From positions 62,129 to 126,128 of the forward strand of contig JAGVBB010000002.1 in the NCBI GenBank assembly GCA_020059915.1: a DNA stretch of 64,000 nucleotides. The letters are read 5' to 3'. Both the position numbers and the translations under genes were made by a program. Numbering within the stretch: the first letter of the stretch is position 1; each line of letters begins with the position of its first letter. The notes beneath the pieces were generated by a model. The model did not search any database, was not told the origin of the DNA, and saw only the letters and a list, made by a program, of their open reading frames with translations. Positions 26,957 through 36,689 of the stretch are shown piece by piece. Origin of the DNA: Minisyncoccota bacterium. Its GTDB lineage: Bacteria; Patescibacteriota; Minisyncoccia; UBA6257; GWB1-50-10.

Positions 26957-27961
26957 ATGGAAAAAGATATAGAAAAAAAGGATGGAATTGATGGAAATTT
27001 TGATGCGGCACTCCGTCCTTCACGCTGGGATGAATATATTGGGCAAGATACAACAAAAAAAAATTTGCGTTTAATTCTTGATGCCGCAAAAGAACGAGGT
27101 GAAGCACCAGACCATATATTATTTTATGGACAACCGGGACTTGGAAAAACAACGCTCGCATACCTCATTGCAAAAGAATTAAATACACAAATAAAATCCA
27201 CATCTGGTCCCGCATTAGAAAAAGCAGGAGATGTTGCTGCACTCCTTACAAATCTTGAACCACACGATATTCTTTTTATTGATGAGGCACACAGGGTAAA
27301 TACTGCGATAGAAGAAATATTATATCCCGCAATGGAATCAAGAAAAATACACATTATTCTTGGTAAGGGCCCATCTGCAAGAACATTTTCCCTAGACCTT
27401 CCCCCCTTTACTATTGTTGCCGCGACAACACGAGCAAACCTCCTTTCCGCTCCATTGCGATCTCGATTTGGCGCAACATTTCGTTTGGATTATTACAACG
27501 CACAAGATATACAAAAAATTATTAATCGTTCTGCAAAAATACTTAACATATCAATTGAGTCATCGGCCGCCGAAAAACTCTCACATGCAGCGCGTTTTAC
27601 TCCAAGAACCGCAAACCGTCTTTTGAAGCGCGCACGGGATTATGCGCAAATGTATAGTAATAACAATATTAATATTGATGCGGTATATAAAACATTAGAA
27701 CTTTTGGAGATTGATGAGTTGGGCCTCGATAAAACAGACAGAGAAATATTATCTGTTATTATCCAAAAATTTAATGGCGGTCCCGTTGGACTTAAATCAC
27801 TTGGTGCCGCAATAAACGAAGAACCAGGAACTATAGAGGATGTATATGAGCCATATCTAATAAAAATTGGTTTGTTACACCGAACGCCCTCTGGAAGAGT
27901 TGTGACAAAACTTGCACACCAACATCTTGGTATCTCTGATAGTGGGCTAGATTTATTATAA
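26957..27961 (+). CDS. ruvB: Holliday junction branch migration helicase RuvB
   Basis: LRP...EYIGQ, GQPGLGKTTLA, LFIDEAHR, PLRSRFG, GGPVGL, YEPYL, RTPSGR. Confidence 0.98.
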   Translation: MEKDIEKKDGIDGNFDAALRPSRWDEYIGQDTTKKNLRLILDAAKERGEAPDHILFYGQPGLGKTTLAYLIAKELNTQIKSTSGPALEKAGDVAALLTNLEPHDILFIDEAHRVNTAIEEILYPAMESRKIHIILGKGPSARTFSLDLPPFTIVAATTRANLLSAPLRSRFGATFRLDYYNAQDIQKIINRSAKILNISIESSAAEKLSHAARFTPRTANRLLKRARDYAQMYSNNNINIDAVYKTLELLEIDELGLDKTDREILSVIIQKFNGGPVGLKSLGAAINEEPGTIEDVYEPYLIKIGLLHRTPSGRVVTKLAHQHLGISDSGLDLL

Positions 27962-27963
27962 AT

Positions 27964-28437
27964 ATGAAAAAAGAACACACACTATCTTTCTCAACGATTT
28001 CAACATCACCAAGAGAAACGGGTGTTTTGGGTGAAAAATTTGGAGAACTCCTTGTTTCTCTCCCACAACTTACTTATGCGCGTGTTATTGGATTACACGG
28101 AGATCTTGGCGCAGGAAAAACCACATTTATAAAAGGGGTAGCAAAAGGTTTTTCAATAAAAAAACATATTACCAGCCCAACATTTGTTCTTATACATCGT
28201 TTTCCTTTAAAAAAAGGGGGATATAAAAATTTTTTTCATATAGATGCATATCGCCTCTCTTCATTTTCAGAAATAAAAGTTTTAGACATTGAGGATATAA
28301 TTGATGATCCAAAAAACATATTATTTATTGAGTGGCAAAAAAATATTACATCTTCTCGAATAAAAAAATGTGGAGATATCATGTTTAAACACGTGGATGA
28401 GCACAAGAGAAAAATAGTAATTACACTAAAAACATGA
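27964..28437 (+). CDS. tsaE: tRNA t6A biosynthesis ATPase
   Basis: LHGDLGAGKTTF, ITSPTF, HIDAYRL, FIEW. Confidence 0.95.
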   Translation: MKKEHTLSFSTISTSPRETGVLGEKFGELLVSLPQLTYARVIGLHGDLGAGKTTFIKGVAKGFSIKKHITSPTFVLIHRFPLKKGGYKNFFHIDAYRLSSFSEIKVLDIEDIIDDPKNILFIEWQKNITSSRIKKCGDIMFKHVDEHKRKIVITLKT

Positions 28438-30845
28438 GGAAAGAACTTTTATTAATAGATTCTCACGCATTAATACACCGGGCATATCACGCCCTCCCCC
28501 CACTCACCACACCAGACGGTCGCCCAATCGGGGCAGTATATGGTCTTGCGCGCGCACTTATAAAAACACTAAAAGAGCACCACCCAGATTATGTTGTTGC
28601 TGCCTTTGATAGACCAGAGGAAACATTTAGAAAGTCTGAATACAAAGAATACAAGGCAAATAGAGAAAAAGCACCAGATGACCTTATCTCACAATTTAAT
28701 ATTGCACGGGAGCTTTTTATAAAAATGAATATTGCCATTGTGGATTATCCGGGTTTTGAAGCGGATGATATAATAGGAACCCTCTCACAATTATCAAACA
28801 CAGAAAACGTTCATATAACCATACTCACAGGGGACCTCGACTCTCTTCAGTTGGTAAAAGACGGACAGGTTTCTGTTCAAACACCACAAAAAGGCGTCGG
28901 CGAGATGAAAATATATGACGAACAAGCTGTCTTTGAAAAACTTGGCGTGTTTCCAAACCGCGTTGTTGATTATAAAGGACTTGTTGGAGATCCTTCCGAT
29001 AATATTCCTGGTATACCAGGAGTTGGACCAAAGACAGCATTAAAACTCCTTAACGAGTTTTTATCGGTTGAAGATATTTTTGAAAAAATAAGGGAAGACA
29101 ACCCACTTGCAAAAAAGGTGGTTCCCCACAAAGAGAGCGCAATTCTATCAAAACACTTGGCGACAATTAATATTAATGTTCCCATAGATAAAGTGTTGTC
29201 TGATTTTGTATATCACCCAATAGAGAAAAATAAAGGAATAAAAGAATTTTTTTCTGAGCTTGGGTTTAAAAACATGCTCCCTGATACCGAAATAAAAAAA
29301 GAGTATGAAACAGAAAAAATAGACATTATCCCAATATGCTCAATTGAAGACTTAGAAGCTATATCAAAGGATAACAAGGTCTCTTGGTTTGCCGTGTTTA
29401 ATGGAAAGGATCTAATAAAAGAATGTTTTAAAAAAAATATTTCCATTCCAACAAATATGCTGGATATATCAATACTTTTTTGGTTGCTTCATCCAGATAT
29501 CCCAACTCCATCATATTCTGAAATGACAAAAAAAATTATTGGGACTGAAATCTTATTCCCAGAAAAAGAGTCGCTTCTTACACTTGCACAAAAAATATTT
29601 TCACTAATAAATCAGGAGAATCTTTTTGATCTCTATAAAAAGTATGAAATGCCACTTATTCCTATTCTCTCATTAATGGAGCTGCGTGGTATATTATTAG
29701 ACGAACGCTCACTTATTTCTCTCAAACAAGAGGTTGGAGAAAAGGTAATTGATCTGCAAAATGATATTTTTTTACTAACAAAAAAAGAATTTAATATATC
29801 CTCACCAAAGCAGGTTGGAGAGGTATTAGACGAACTCGGTGTTTTTGAAAAAATAAAAAGAACAAAAACAGGACAGATAAAAACAAACAAGGAAACATTG
29901 GAGTTGGTCCTAGATACGCATCCAGTAATAGAAAAGATACTTACTTATAGGGAATACACAAAAATGCTCTCTGGTTTTATTGATCCACTTCTCACACTAA
30001 AAGATGCAAAAAATACCATACACACAACCTACCTCCAAACAGCCACGGGGACCGGACGTCTTTCTTCAGAAAAACCAAATCTGCAAAATATCCCCCAAGA
30101 ATCAATTTGGTCAACAAAAATAAGAAAATCATTTATTTCAAGAAAACATTTTCTGTTTGCTTCTTTTGATTATTCACAACTTGAACTCCGTCTTCTTGCA
30201 CACGAATCAAAAGATGAAACACTTATTGGTGCATTTAATGAGGGAAAGGATATACACACTATAACCGCGTCAAAAATATTCCACAAAATGGAAGGGTTAA
30301 TAACTAAACAAGAACGGAGGGTGGGAAAAACACTTAATTTTGGTGTTATTTATGGAATGGGCCCACGCGCATTTTCAAAAACAAGTGGAATAGGAATTGA
30401 AGAAGCAAAATCATTTATGGATGAGTATTTTTCTACTTTCTCTAGTGTTAAAAATTGGCAGGAACAAATAAAAGATTTTGCTCAAAAAGATGGTTTTGTA
30501 AAAAATATACACGGAAGAAGGCGCTGGTTTTTACCAGAGCGCTTTAAGGAGCTCGAACGTGCCATTATAAACATGCCACTACAAAGCCACGGCGCGGATA
30601 TTATGAAAGCATCAATGATAGCAGTATTTGATTTTATAAAAAAAGAAAGAATGGAGGAAAACATCATTCCAATACTTACTATTCACGACGAACTGCTCAT
30701 AGAAATAAAACATGATATGATAAGTACAATAATTCCCCAGATCAAAAAGATCATGGAAGAGATTGAGAGCCTCTCAGTTCCATTATCAGTAGAAACAAAA
30801 ATTGGTTCATCTTGGGGATCTATGAATACTTATATCAATGAATAA
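28434..30845 (+). CDS. polA: DNA polymerase I (5'-3' exonuclease plus polymerase; reduced 3'-5' exonuclease region)
   Basis: LIDSHALIHRAYHA, EADDIIG, GDPSDNIPG, TGRLSS..PNLQNIP, DYSQLELR, KTLNFGVIYGM, IHDEL. Confidence 0.96.
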   Translation: MRKELLLIDSHALIHRAYHALPPLTTPDGRPIGAVYGLARALIKTLKEHHPDYVVAAFDRPEETFRKSEYKEYKANREKAPDDLISQFNIARELFIKMNIAIVDYPGFEADDIIGTLSQLSNTENVHITILTGDLDSLQLVKDGQVSVQTPQKGVGEMKIYDEQAVFEKLGVFPNRVVDYKGLVGDPSDNIPGIPGVGPKTALKLLNEFLSVEDIFEKIREDNPLAKKVVPHKESAILSKHLATININVPIDKVLSDFVYHPIEKNKGIKEFFSELGFKNMLPDTEIKKEYETEKIDIIPICSIEDLEAISKDNKVSWFAVFNGKDLIKECFKKNISIPTNMLDISILFWLLHPDIPTPSYSEMTKKIIGTEILFPEKESLLTLAQKIFSLINQENLFDLYKKYEMPLIPILSLMELRGILLDERSLISLKQEVGEKVIDLQNDIFLLTKKEFNISSPKQVGEVLDELGVFEKIKRTKTGQIKTNKETLELVLDTHPVIEKILTYREYTKMLSGFIDPLLTLKDAKNTIHTTYLQTATGTGRLSSEKPNLQNIPQESIWSTKIRKSFISRKHFLFASFDYSQLELRLLAHESKDETLIGAFNEGKDIHTITASKIFHKMEGLITKQERRVGKTLNFGVIYGMGPRAFSKTSGIGIEEAKSFMDEYFSTFSSVKNWQEQIKDFAQKDGFVKNIHGRRRWFLPERFKELERAIINMPLQSHGADIMKASMIAVFDFIKKERMEENIIPILTIHDELLIEIKHDMISTIIPQIKKIMEEIESLSVPLSVETKIGSSWGSMNTYINE

Positions 30846-32148
30846 ATCTATATTTAAATCTAAAGAAATAAGTTGGTTTGCCACACTTGTTGCTTGTCTC
30901 GCTTTTTTTCTTTGTATTACTTTTTTGAATAACACCATGATAACTGTGTTTGGGGGAATTTTTTTATTCTCCGTGGTGACGTGGTTGGCTTTTAAGGCAT
31001 TTATAAAAATAACAAGACTTACGTTTGATACAAAGTTTAAAGATCATGAAAAAGAAGCTCTTGTTGAATACCTCCACGATGGAGTCATTGTATATGATAC
31101 TAATTTCGTTATAAGAACATTTAATAATGCAGCAGAAACATTGTTTGGGGTATCTAAGGAAATTGTTTTAGAAAAACAAATGGATCCAGGATTGGTAAAA
31201 AATCATGAATTAAAATCTTTAATACAAGTTCTTTTTCCGTCTCTAGCCCCAGCAGCAGAACAAAAATCAGAACCATCTGCGTGGCCACAAATTGTTAATA
31301 TTTCACTTGATGCTCCACGACTTGAAGTTCAGACTGTTTTACATCAAGTAATTACAGAAGATGGCGATGTTATTGGTTTTTTGAAAGTGATAAAGGACTT
31401 AACGAGGGAAAAAAGTGTATTGGAGGCAAAAACAGATTTTATTAACGTTGCTGCACACCAACTAAGAGCGCCAATAACAGCACTTCATTGGGCGCTTGAG
31501 AATATTGTTCAATATAGTAAGGACAATGAAACAATATACCCAATTGCAAAAGAAGCATTAGCAGTTGCTATTCGTGCAGCAAAAATAACAAACGACCTTT
31601 TAGATGTTTCAAAAATAGAGGATGGACGCTTTGGATATTCATTTAAAGACACTGATCTCGTTTCGTTTTTACAAAAAATTGTTTCTGATATGAAACCACT
31701 TGCAGACTCATACTCAGTTTCTTTGTCTTTTAATTCACCCAATCAATCAATTCCTGTATATATAGACGAAAATCGGCTCAGTGCAGTATTTTTGAATCTT
31801 ATTGATAATGCAATTCGCTATAACACGAAACAAGGAAAGGTTTTGGTGTCTCTCCAACCAGTGGAATCAAAACCATTTATAAAAGTTTTGGTGTCTGATA
31901 CTGGTGTTGGTATACCAGGAACAGACTTAAAAAAACTTTTCCAAAAGTTACACCGCGGATCAAACGTCATTCAAATGGAACCAAATGGAAGTGGTTTAGG
32001 ATTATATATTGCAAAAAACATCATTGAACAACACGGGGGTGTAGTAGAAGTTTCTTCTGAAATAAATCGTGGAACAACATTTTCTGTTTCTATTCCATTA
32101 GATAAATCTCTTGTTCCACAAAGAGAAGTTCAAAAAGTTTCTTTTTAA
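30838..32148 (+). CDS. PAS-domain sensor histidine kinase (no response regulator in window)
   Basis: 2 TM helices, PAS, AAHQLRAP H-box, NLIDNAIRY, DTGVGI, GSGLGL. Confidence 0.92.
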   Translation: MNKSIFKSKEISWFATLVACLAFFLCITFLNNTMITVFGGIFLFSVVTWLAFKAFIKITRLTFDTKFKDHEKEALVEYLHDGVIVYDTNFVIRTFNNAAETLFGVSKEIVLEKQMDPGLVKNHELKSLIQVLFPSLAPAAEQKSEPSAWPQIVNISLDAPRLEVQTVLHQVITEDGDVIGFLKVIKDLTREKSVLEAKTDFINVAAHQLRAPITALHWALENIVQYSKDNETIYPIAKEALAVAIRAAKITNDLLDVSKIEDGRFGYSFKDTDLVSFLQKIVSDMKPLADSYSVSLSFNSPNQSIPVYIDENRLSAVFLNLIDNAIRYNTKQGKVLVSLQPVESKPFIKVLVSDTGVGIPGTDLKKLFQKLHRGSNVIQMEPNGSGLGLYIAKNIIEQHGGVVEVSSEINRGTTFSVSIPLDKSLVPQREVQKVSF

Positions 32149-32149
32149 T

Positions 32150-32629
32150 ATGACAATTCTTGGTATAGACCCAGGAACAACTCGAGCTGGGTATGGAATA
32201 TTAAAAAAAGAGGGAAATAATATAACTTTCTTGGAGTGTGGGCTTTTGTCTACAAACATAAAAACCCACAACTTACGCCTATTCAATATAAGAAAAAAAC
32301 TGGTTTCTCTCTTAGAGTCTCAAAAAATTGATAGGGCGGTTGTTGAATCTCTCTTTTTTACAAAAAATAAAAAAACTGGGCTTTTGGTTGCAGAGGCTCG
32401 TGGAGTAATAATGGAAACCCTCACCGAATATAATATAAACATCATTGAGTTAACGCCAAATCAAATAAAAACAACCGTAACAGGAAATGGAAACGCAACA
32501 AAAAATGAAATTAAAAAAATGCTTTCATTGTTTTTAAAAACCGACTTTTCTAAAGTTCTTGATGATAAGACTGATGCAGTTGCTGCCGCACTTTCTGGTT
32601 CTTTAAATTATTATCCTGATAAAAAATAA
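32150..32629 (+). CDS. ruvC: Crossover junction endodeoxyribonuclease RuvC (start revised to ATG 32150)
   Basis: ILGIDPG...GYG, VESLFF..N, AEARGV, P.QIK..VTG.G.A.K, DD..DAVA. Confidence 0.96.
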   Translation: MTILGIDPGTTRAGYGILKKEGNNITFLECGLLSTNIKTHNLRLFNIRKKLVSLLESQKIDRAVVESLFFTKNKKTGLLVAEARGVIMETLTEYNINIIELTPNQIKTTVTGNGNATKNEIKKMLSLFLKTDFSKVLDDKTDAVAAALSGSLNYYPDKK

Positions 32630-32657
32630 CATGGTTTTACCTCGTTTATTTTTGGAG

Positions 32658-32685
32658 TTGACACACTTTGTTTTTTCACTATACT
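32658..32685 (+). promoter_or_regulatory. Sigma70-type promoter
   Basis: TTGACA(32658-32663)-16-TATACT(32680-32685). Confidence 0.7.
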
Positions 32686-32753
32686 AATCTCCGTTGTGTA
32701 TGTACCCCATATGGGGGCAATAAGTCGAAAATAATGCACAATAATTTTAAAAA

Positions 32754-32897
32754 ATGCGAAAATTAAAACAAGATGGTATTTATACCACCGATGAAGCAGG
32801 TCTTCTTGAAGAGGACGGACTTGATCTCCCTGATACGATAGGAGATGATTCACTCGGGAAGTTAGATTTTTCAGACGAGGAAGAGGAAGAATATTAA
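32754..32897 (+). CDS. 47-aa highly acidic small protein (not in ORF track)
   Basis: MRKLKQDGIYTTDEAGLLEEDGLDLPDTIGDDSLGKLDFSDEEEEEY; bracketed by a promoter and a terminator. Confidence 0.7.
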   Translation: MRKLKQDGIYTTDEAGLLEEDGLDLPDTIGDDSLGKLDFSDEEEEEY

Positions 32898-32935
32898 AAA
32901 ATAGACTCCCTGCTTTAGCGGGGGTCTATTTTTTT
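32896..32935 (+). terminator. Intrinsic terminator
   Basis: AAAAATAGACTCCCTGCT-TT-AGCGGGGGTCTATTTTTTT. Confidence 0.8.
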
Positions 32936-32951
32936 GTCTATAATAGTAATT

Positions 32952-35411
32952 ATGTACAAAAGAGAAGGTATGATTAATAAAACAAAAAGAAAGAGAAAAG
33001 AATATCCCCTCTTATTTACCGCATTTTTTTTTGGTATAGTTGCTTGTTTTATAATTATTTTTGTTTTTGTTGTATTAACAATAAAACGCCTCCCCTCTCC
33101 AGAGAATTTTGGAAACAGGGAAATTCAACAATCAACAAAGCTTTTTGATAGAACAGGAAAAACTCTTATCTATGAAATTCATGGAGAGGAAAAAAGAACA
33201 ATAATTCCTTTTAATGAGATACCTGCTGTAGTAAAACAAACTACCTTAGCGGCTGAAGATGATGATTTTTATAACCAACCGGCATTTGATTGGAAAAGTA
33301 TTATACGAGCATTTTGGAGCAATCTTAAATCTGGAGAAATAACACAAGGTGGTTCAACAATAACTCAACAACTCGTTAAAAAAACCCTACTTTCGGATGA
33401 GCGTACATATACGCGAAAAATAAAAGAATTAATTCTTGCAATAGAATTGGAATCAAAATATTCAAAAGACGATATATTTTATTACTATTTAAATCAAATT
33501 CCTTATGGTTCCACAGCATATGGAATAGAATCAGCATCACAACTTTATTTTAATAAACCAGCAAAAAATCTTAGTTTGGGCGAAGCAGCAATACTCGCGA
33601 GTATGATAAAAGCACCTTCATATTATTCTCCTTGGGGAAGCCATAAAGAGGAGTTGTTCTCTCGTAGAGATTATATATTAGGAAGAATGGTTTCACTTGG
33701 GTATATCAAACAAGAAGATGTTGATAGGGTAAAAAAAGAAAAAGTGACTTTTGCGCCTCCAACGCTTGGAAAAATAACCGCTCCACACTTTGCTCTTGCG
33801 GTACGAGAATATCTTGTACAAAAATACGGGGAATCTGTAGTAACGGGGGGTGGGTTGCGAGTTATAACAACACTTGATACAAAACTCCAAGAAATTGCAG
33901 AAAAAACCGTGAAAGAGGGTGCCCAGAGAAATTCTGAATTATATGGCGGAACAAATGCGTCATTAATTGCTGAGGATCCAAAAACAGGCCAAATTCTTGC
34001 ACTTGTTGGATCAAAAGATTATTTTGCTGATGCGGAACCAAAAGGGTGTACACCAGGAGTAAATTGTACATTTGATGGTAATTTTAATGTCGCGCTTCAG
34101 GGATTACGGCAACCTGGTTCTGCTTTAAAACCATTTGTGTATCTCACTGCTTTTTCTCATGGTTTTTCTCCTAAAACCGTTTTATTTGATGTTCAAACAG
34201 AGTTTGATACTCGAGGAATACCAGAATATAGCTATAGACCAGAAAATTTTGATGGAAAATTTCGTGGCCCAGTTTTTATGGAACAATCATTAGCACAATC
34301 GTTGAATGTTCCAGCAGTTAAAACACTGTATCTTGTTGGTATTGATTCTATTATTAAAAATTTGAATTTATTTGGAGTTACAACACTAAAAGATAAATCC
34401 CGCTATGGATTAACACTTACTCTTGGTGGTGGTGAGGTTCGTCCTATTGAACTTCTTAAAGCATATTCAATGCTTTCTCAAAATGGGGTACTCCATAATC
34501 AAAGTTTTGTTTTAAAAGTTGAAACAAGTAATGGGGATATTTTAGAAGAATATAAAGATAAAAGTGAGCGTGTTTTTGATGAACAATATGTTAAACAAAT
34601 AAATACTATACTCTCAAGTCCTGATCTCCGTTCTCCTATATTTCAATCTAGTCTCGGTCTAACCACATTTGATGGATATGATGTTGCATTAAAAACGGGA
34701 ACCACTCAAGACTACAGAGATGCTTGGGCATTTGGATATACTCCGAATTTAGTGGTTGGAATCTGGGCTGGAAATAATAACAACACACCAATGCACAGCC
34801 AAGGAAGTAGTTTGCTTGCAGCAATCCCTATGTGGAATTCTTTTCTTAGTGAGGCATTAAAACAATTTGAACCTTCTTTTTTTGAAAAACCAGAAATTGT
34901 TTCACTTCCAGAAAAACCAATGCTTAATGGAGAATGGAGAACTTCATTTGGGGTTCATTCAATTCTCCATTTTGTGGATAAAAAAAATCCACAAGGACCA
35001 ATTCCAACAAACCCATGGAATGATTCTCAATATCAAAATTGGGAAGATGCTATCTTTGCGTGGACAAAAGGATCTGGTATTTCTACAACACCTACACAAC
35101 AATCTGGTTCAATATATACTTTTTCTGGACCGATTGGAATTACTTATTTAGAACCAAAATCTGGAACCTTCACAAAAAGTCCCCTTACTATAAAAGCACG
35201 AATTGTTTCTCCTCAATCTGAATTAGAAAAAGTTGAATTATATGCAAATAAAAAATTAATAGTATCATTTCCTATAGCAGGAAATGCATATGTATTCTCT
35301 TATAATTTTTCTGGACCACTAGAAGCACAGAATGCATTTGAAATAAAAGCAAAAAATGTTTCAGGAAATGAAACTGCAGCTTCAACTATTATTTATAAAT
35401 CTGGAAACTAA
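32952..35411 (+). CDS. Class A penicillin-binding protein (PBP1A family) with C-terminal Ig-like domain (start revised to ATG 32952)
   Basis: AAED..FY, QGGSTITQQL, RKIKE, YLNQIPYG; QPGSALKP, SLN, KTGT. Confidence 0.93.
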   Translation: MYKREGMINKTKRKRKEYPLLFTAFFFGIVACFIIIFVFVVLTIKRLPSPENFGNREIQQSTKLFDRTGKTLIYEIHGEEKRTIIPFNEIPAVVKQTTLAAEDDDFYNQPAFDWKSIIRAFWSNLKSGEITQGGSTITQQLVKKTLLSDERTYTRKIKELILAIELESKYSKDDIFYYYLNQIPYGSTAYGIESASQLYFNKPAKNLSLGEAAILASMIKAPSYYSPWGSHKEELFSRRDYILGRMVSLGYIKQEDVDRVKKEKVTFAPPTLGKITAPHFALAVREYLVQKYGESVVTGGGLRVITTLDTKLQEIAEKTVKEGAQRNSELYGGTNASLIAEDPKTGQILALVGSKDYFADAEPKGCTPGVNCTFDGNFNVALQGLRQPGSALKPFVYLTAFSHGFSPKTVLFDVQTEFDTRGIPEYSYRPENFDGKFRGPVFMEQSLAQSLNVPAVKTLYLVGIDSIIKNLNLFGVTTLKDKSRYGLTLTLGGGEVRPIELLKAYSMLSQNGVLHNQSFVLKVETSNGDILEEYKDKSERVFDEQYVKQINTILSSPDLRSPIFQSSLGLTTFDGYDVALKTGTTQDYRDAWAFGYTPNLVVGIWAGNNNNTPMHSQGSSLLAAIPMWNSFLSEALKQFEPSFFEKPEIVSLPEKPMLNGEWRTSFGVHSILHFVDKKNPQGPIPTNPWNDSQYQNWEDAIFAWTKGSGISTTPTQQSGSIYTFSGPIGITYLEPKSGTFTKSPLTIKARIVSPQSELEKVELYANKKLIVSFPIAGNAYVFSYNFSGPLEAQNAFEIKAKNVSGNETAASTIIYKSGN

Positions 35412-36517
35412 TTTCTGATTGGCATCACAACATACACAAGCTCTTGTTCGTTTTGTGATTTTATAACAGCGGGTCTATCTGGAGAATTAATTCCCACTAC
35501 TATTTCTTTTGATGAATATATTTTTAATCCATCAAGAAGAAACTTCCAATTAAAAACTATAGAAAGTGGTTCCCCTTTTAATTTAATAGGGATTTTATAA
35601 CAATTCTTTCCTAATGACGCATCAGACGAAATTAACTCCAAATATTTTTTATTTTCTCCAATAACAACGGTGATATCATTTGTTTTTCCAGAAAAACTAC
35701 TTGCAAGTTTTAATGCTTGTATAAATTCCATTCTATCTACAGTAACCTCACATTCAGTTGTTTTTGGTATAAGTGCTTTATATTCAGGAAAAACTCCATC
35801 AACAATACGTGAGATCATGTTTGTTTTTTCCATAATAAATTCCACCTGTCCCTCATCATGTTTTATTATTAAATTCCCTTTTTGTCCTTTTGTAAGTCTT
35901 AATAATTCTTCCGCTGTTTTAAAAGGTATTATCAGAGAGGTCTCTTCAAACGAAGAAGTGGCTTGATTTGAGCTTATAACGCGTTCTGCGAGGCGAAAAC
36001 TGTCCGTTGCGGCGACTATTAGGTGGTCTTGTGAATACTTCAAAAAGACGCCACTTATTTGAGGTCTTATTTCTGAATATTGTGTAGCAATAAAAACTCT
36101 TTCAAAAATATCAGAGAATATTTTAATATCAATCGTTGTAAAAAAATCTTTTGTTGTAAGAGATGGAATAATAGGAAATTCTTTAGCATCGTGTCCTTGA
36201 ATAACCGCCTCATAGTTATCGGTAATTATCGAAAGATTACCACCTGATTCTTCGAGAGTAACTCTATCAGTTGTTAAATTTTTTGAAACAGAAAAAAAGA
36301 TAGATAAAGGCACAGTAACAACACCCTCTTCTATTACTTTTCCGGGTATTGTTTCTGTTACCGCTATTTCTAAATTTGTTGCAACAAAGAAAATTTTTCC
36401 TTGAAACGTCTTTATTAAAACATTTTTTAATATGGGTAGATTGGTTGAAAAACCGATTGCTCGTTCAACAGCACTTAGTCCTTCTATTAAGTTATTCTTT
36501 AATATAATACATTTCAT
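35408..36517 (-). CDS. dnaN: DNA polymerase III beta clamp
   Basis: LPILKNVLI, ATNLE, EFPIIP, ATDSFRLA, G.FPEY..LIP, YVVMPIR. Confidence 0.97.
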   Translation of the reverse strand: MKCIILKNNLIEGLSAVERAIGFSTNLPILKNVLIKTFQGKIFFVATNLEIAVTETIPGKVIEEGVVTVPLSIFFSVSKNLTTDRVTLEESGGNLSIITDNYEAVIQGHDAKEFPIIPSLTTKDFFTTIDIKIFSDIFERVFIATQYSEIRPQISGVFLKYSQDHLIVAATDSFRLAERVISSNQATSSFEETSLIIPFKTAEELLRLTKGQKGNLIIKHDEGQVEFIMEKTNMISRIVDGVFPEYKALIPKTTECEVTVDRMEFIQALKLASSFSGKTNDITVVIGENKKYLELISSDASLGKNCYKIPIKLKGEPLSIVFNWKFLLDGLKIYSSKEIVVGINSPDRPAVIKSQNEQELVYVVMPIRN

Positions 36518-36689
36518 AGTAATAGTAGTAAGGGGTGTGTATATGTGTATAAGTAGTTATTTTGTTTCTATATAACGCTTTTTGTTTTGTTATTCTGTGG
36601 ATAAAAATATGTGCTTGTGGATTATTATTTATTATTTATTATAAAAACTTTATTTATACATATATTATCTCTTTAATTCTATCCTGATA
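36518..36689. other. Replication origin oriC (dnaA-dnaN intergenic)
   Basis: DnaA boxes at 36544-36552, 36596-36604 (perfect TTATCCACA on minus strand) and 36616-36624; GGGG clamp 36532-36535; DnaA-trio-like repeats 36518-36531; AT-rich tract. Confidence 0.88.
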
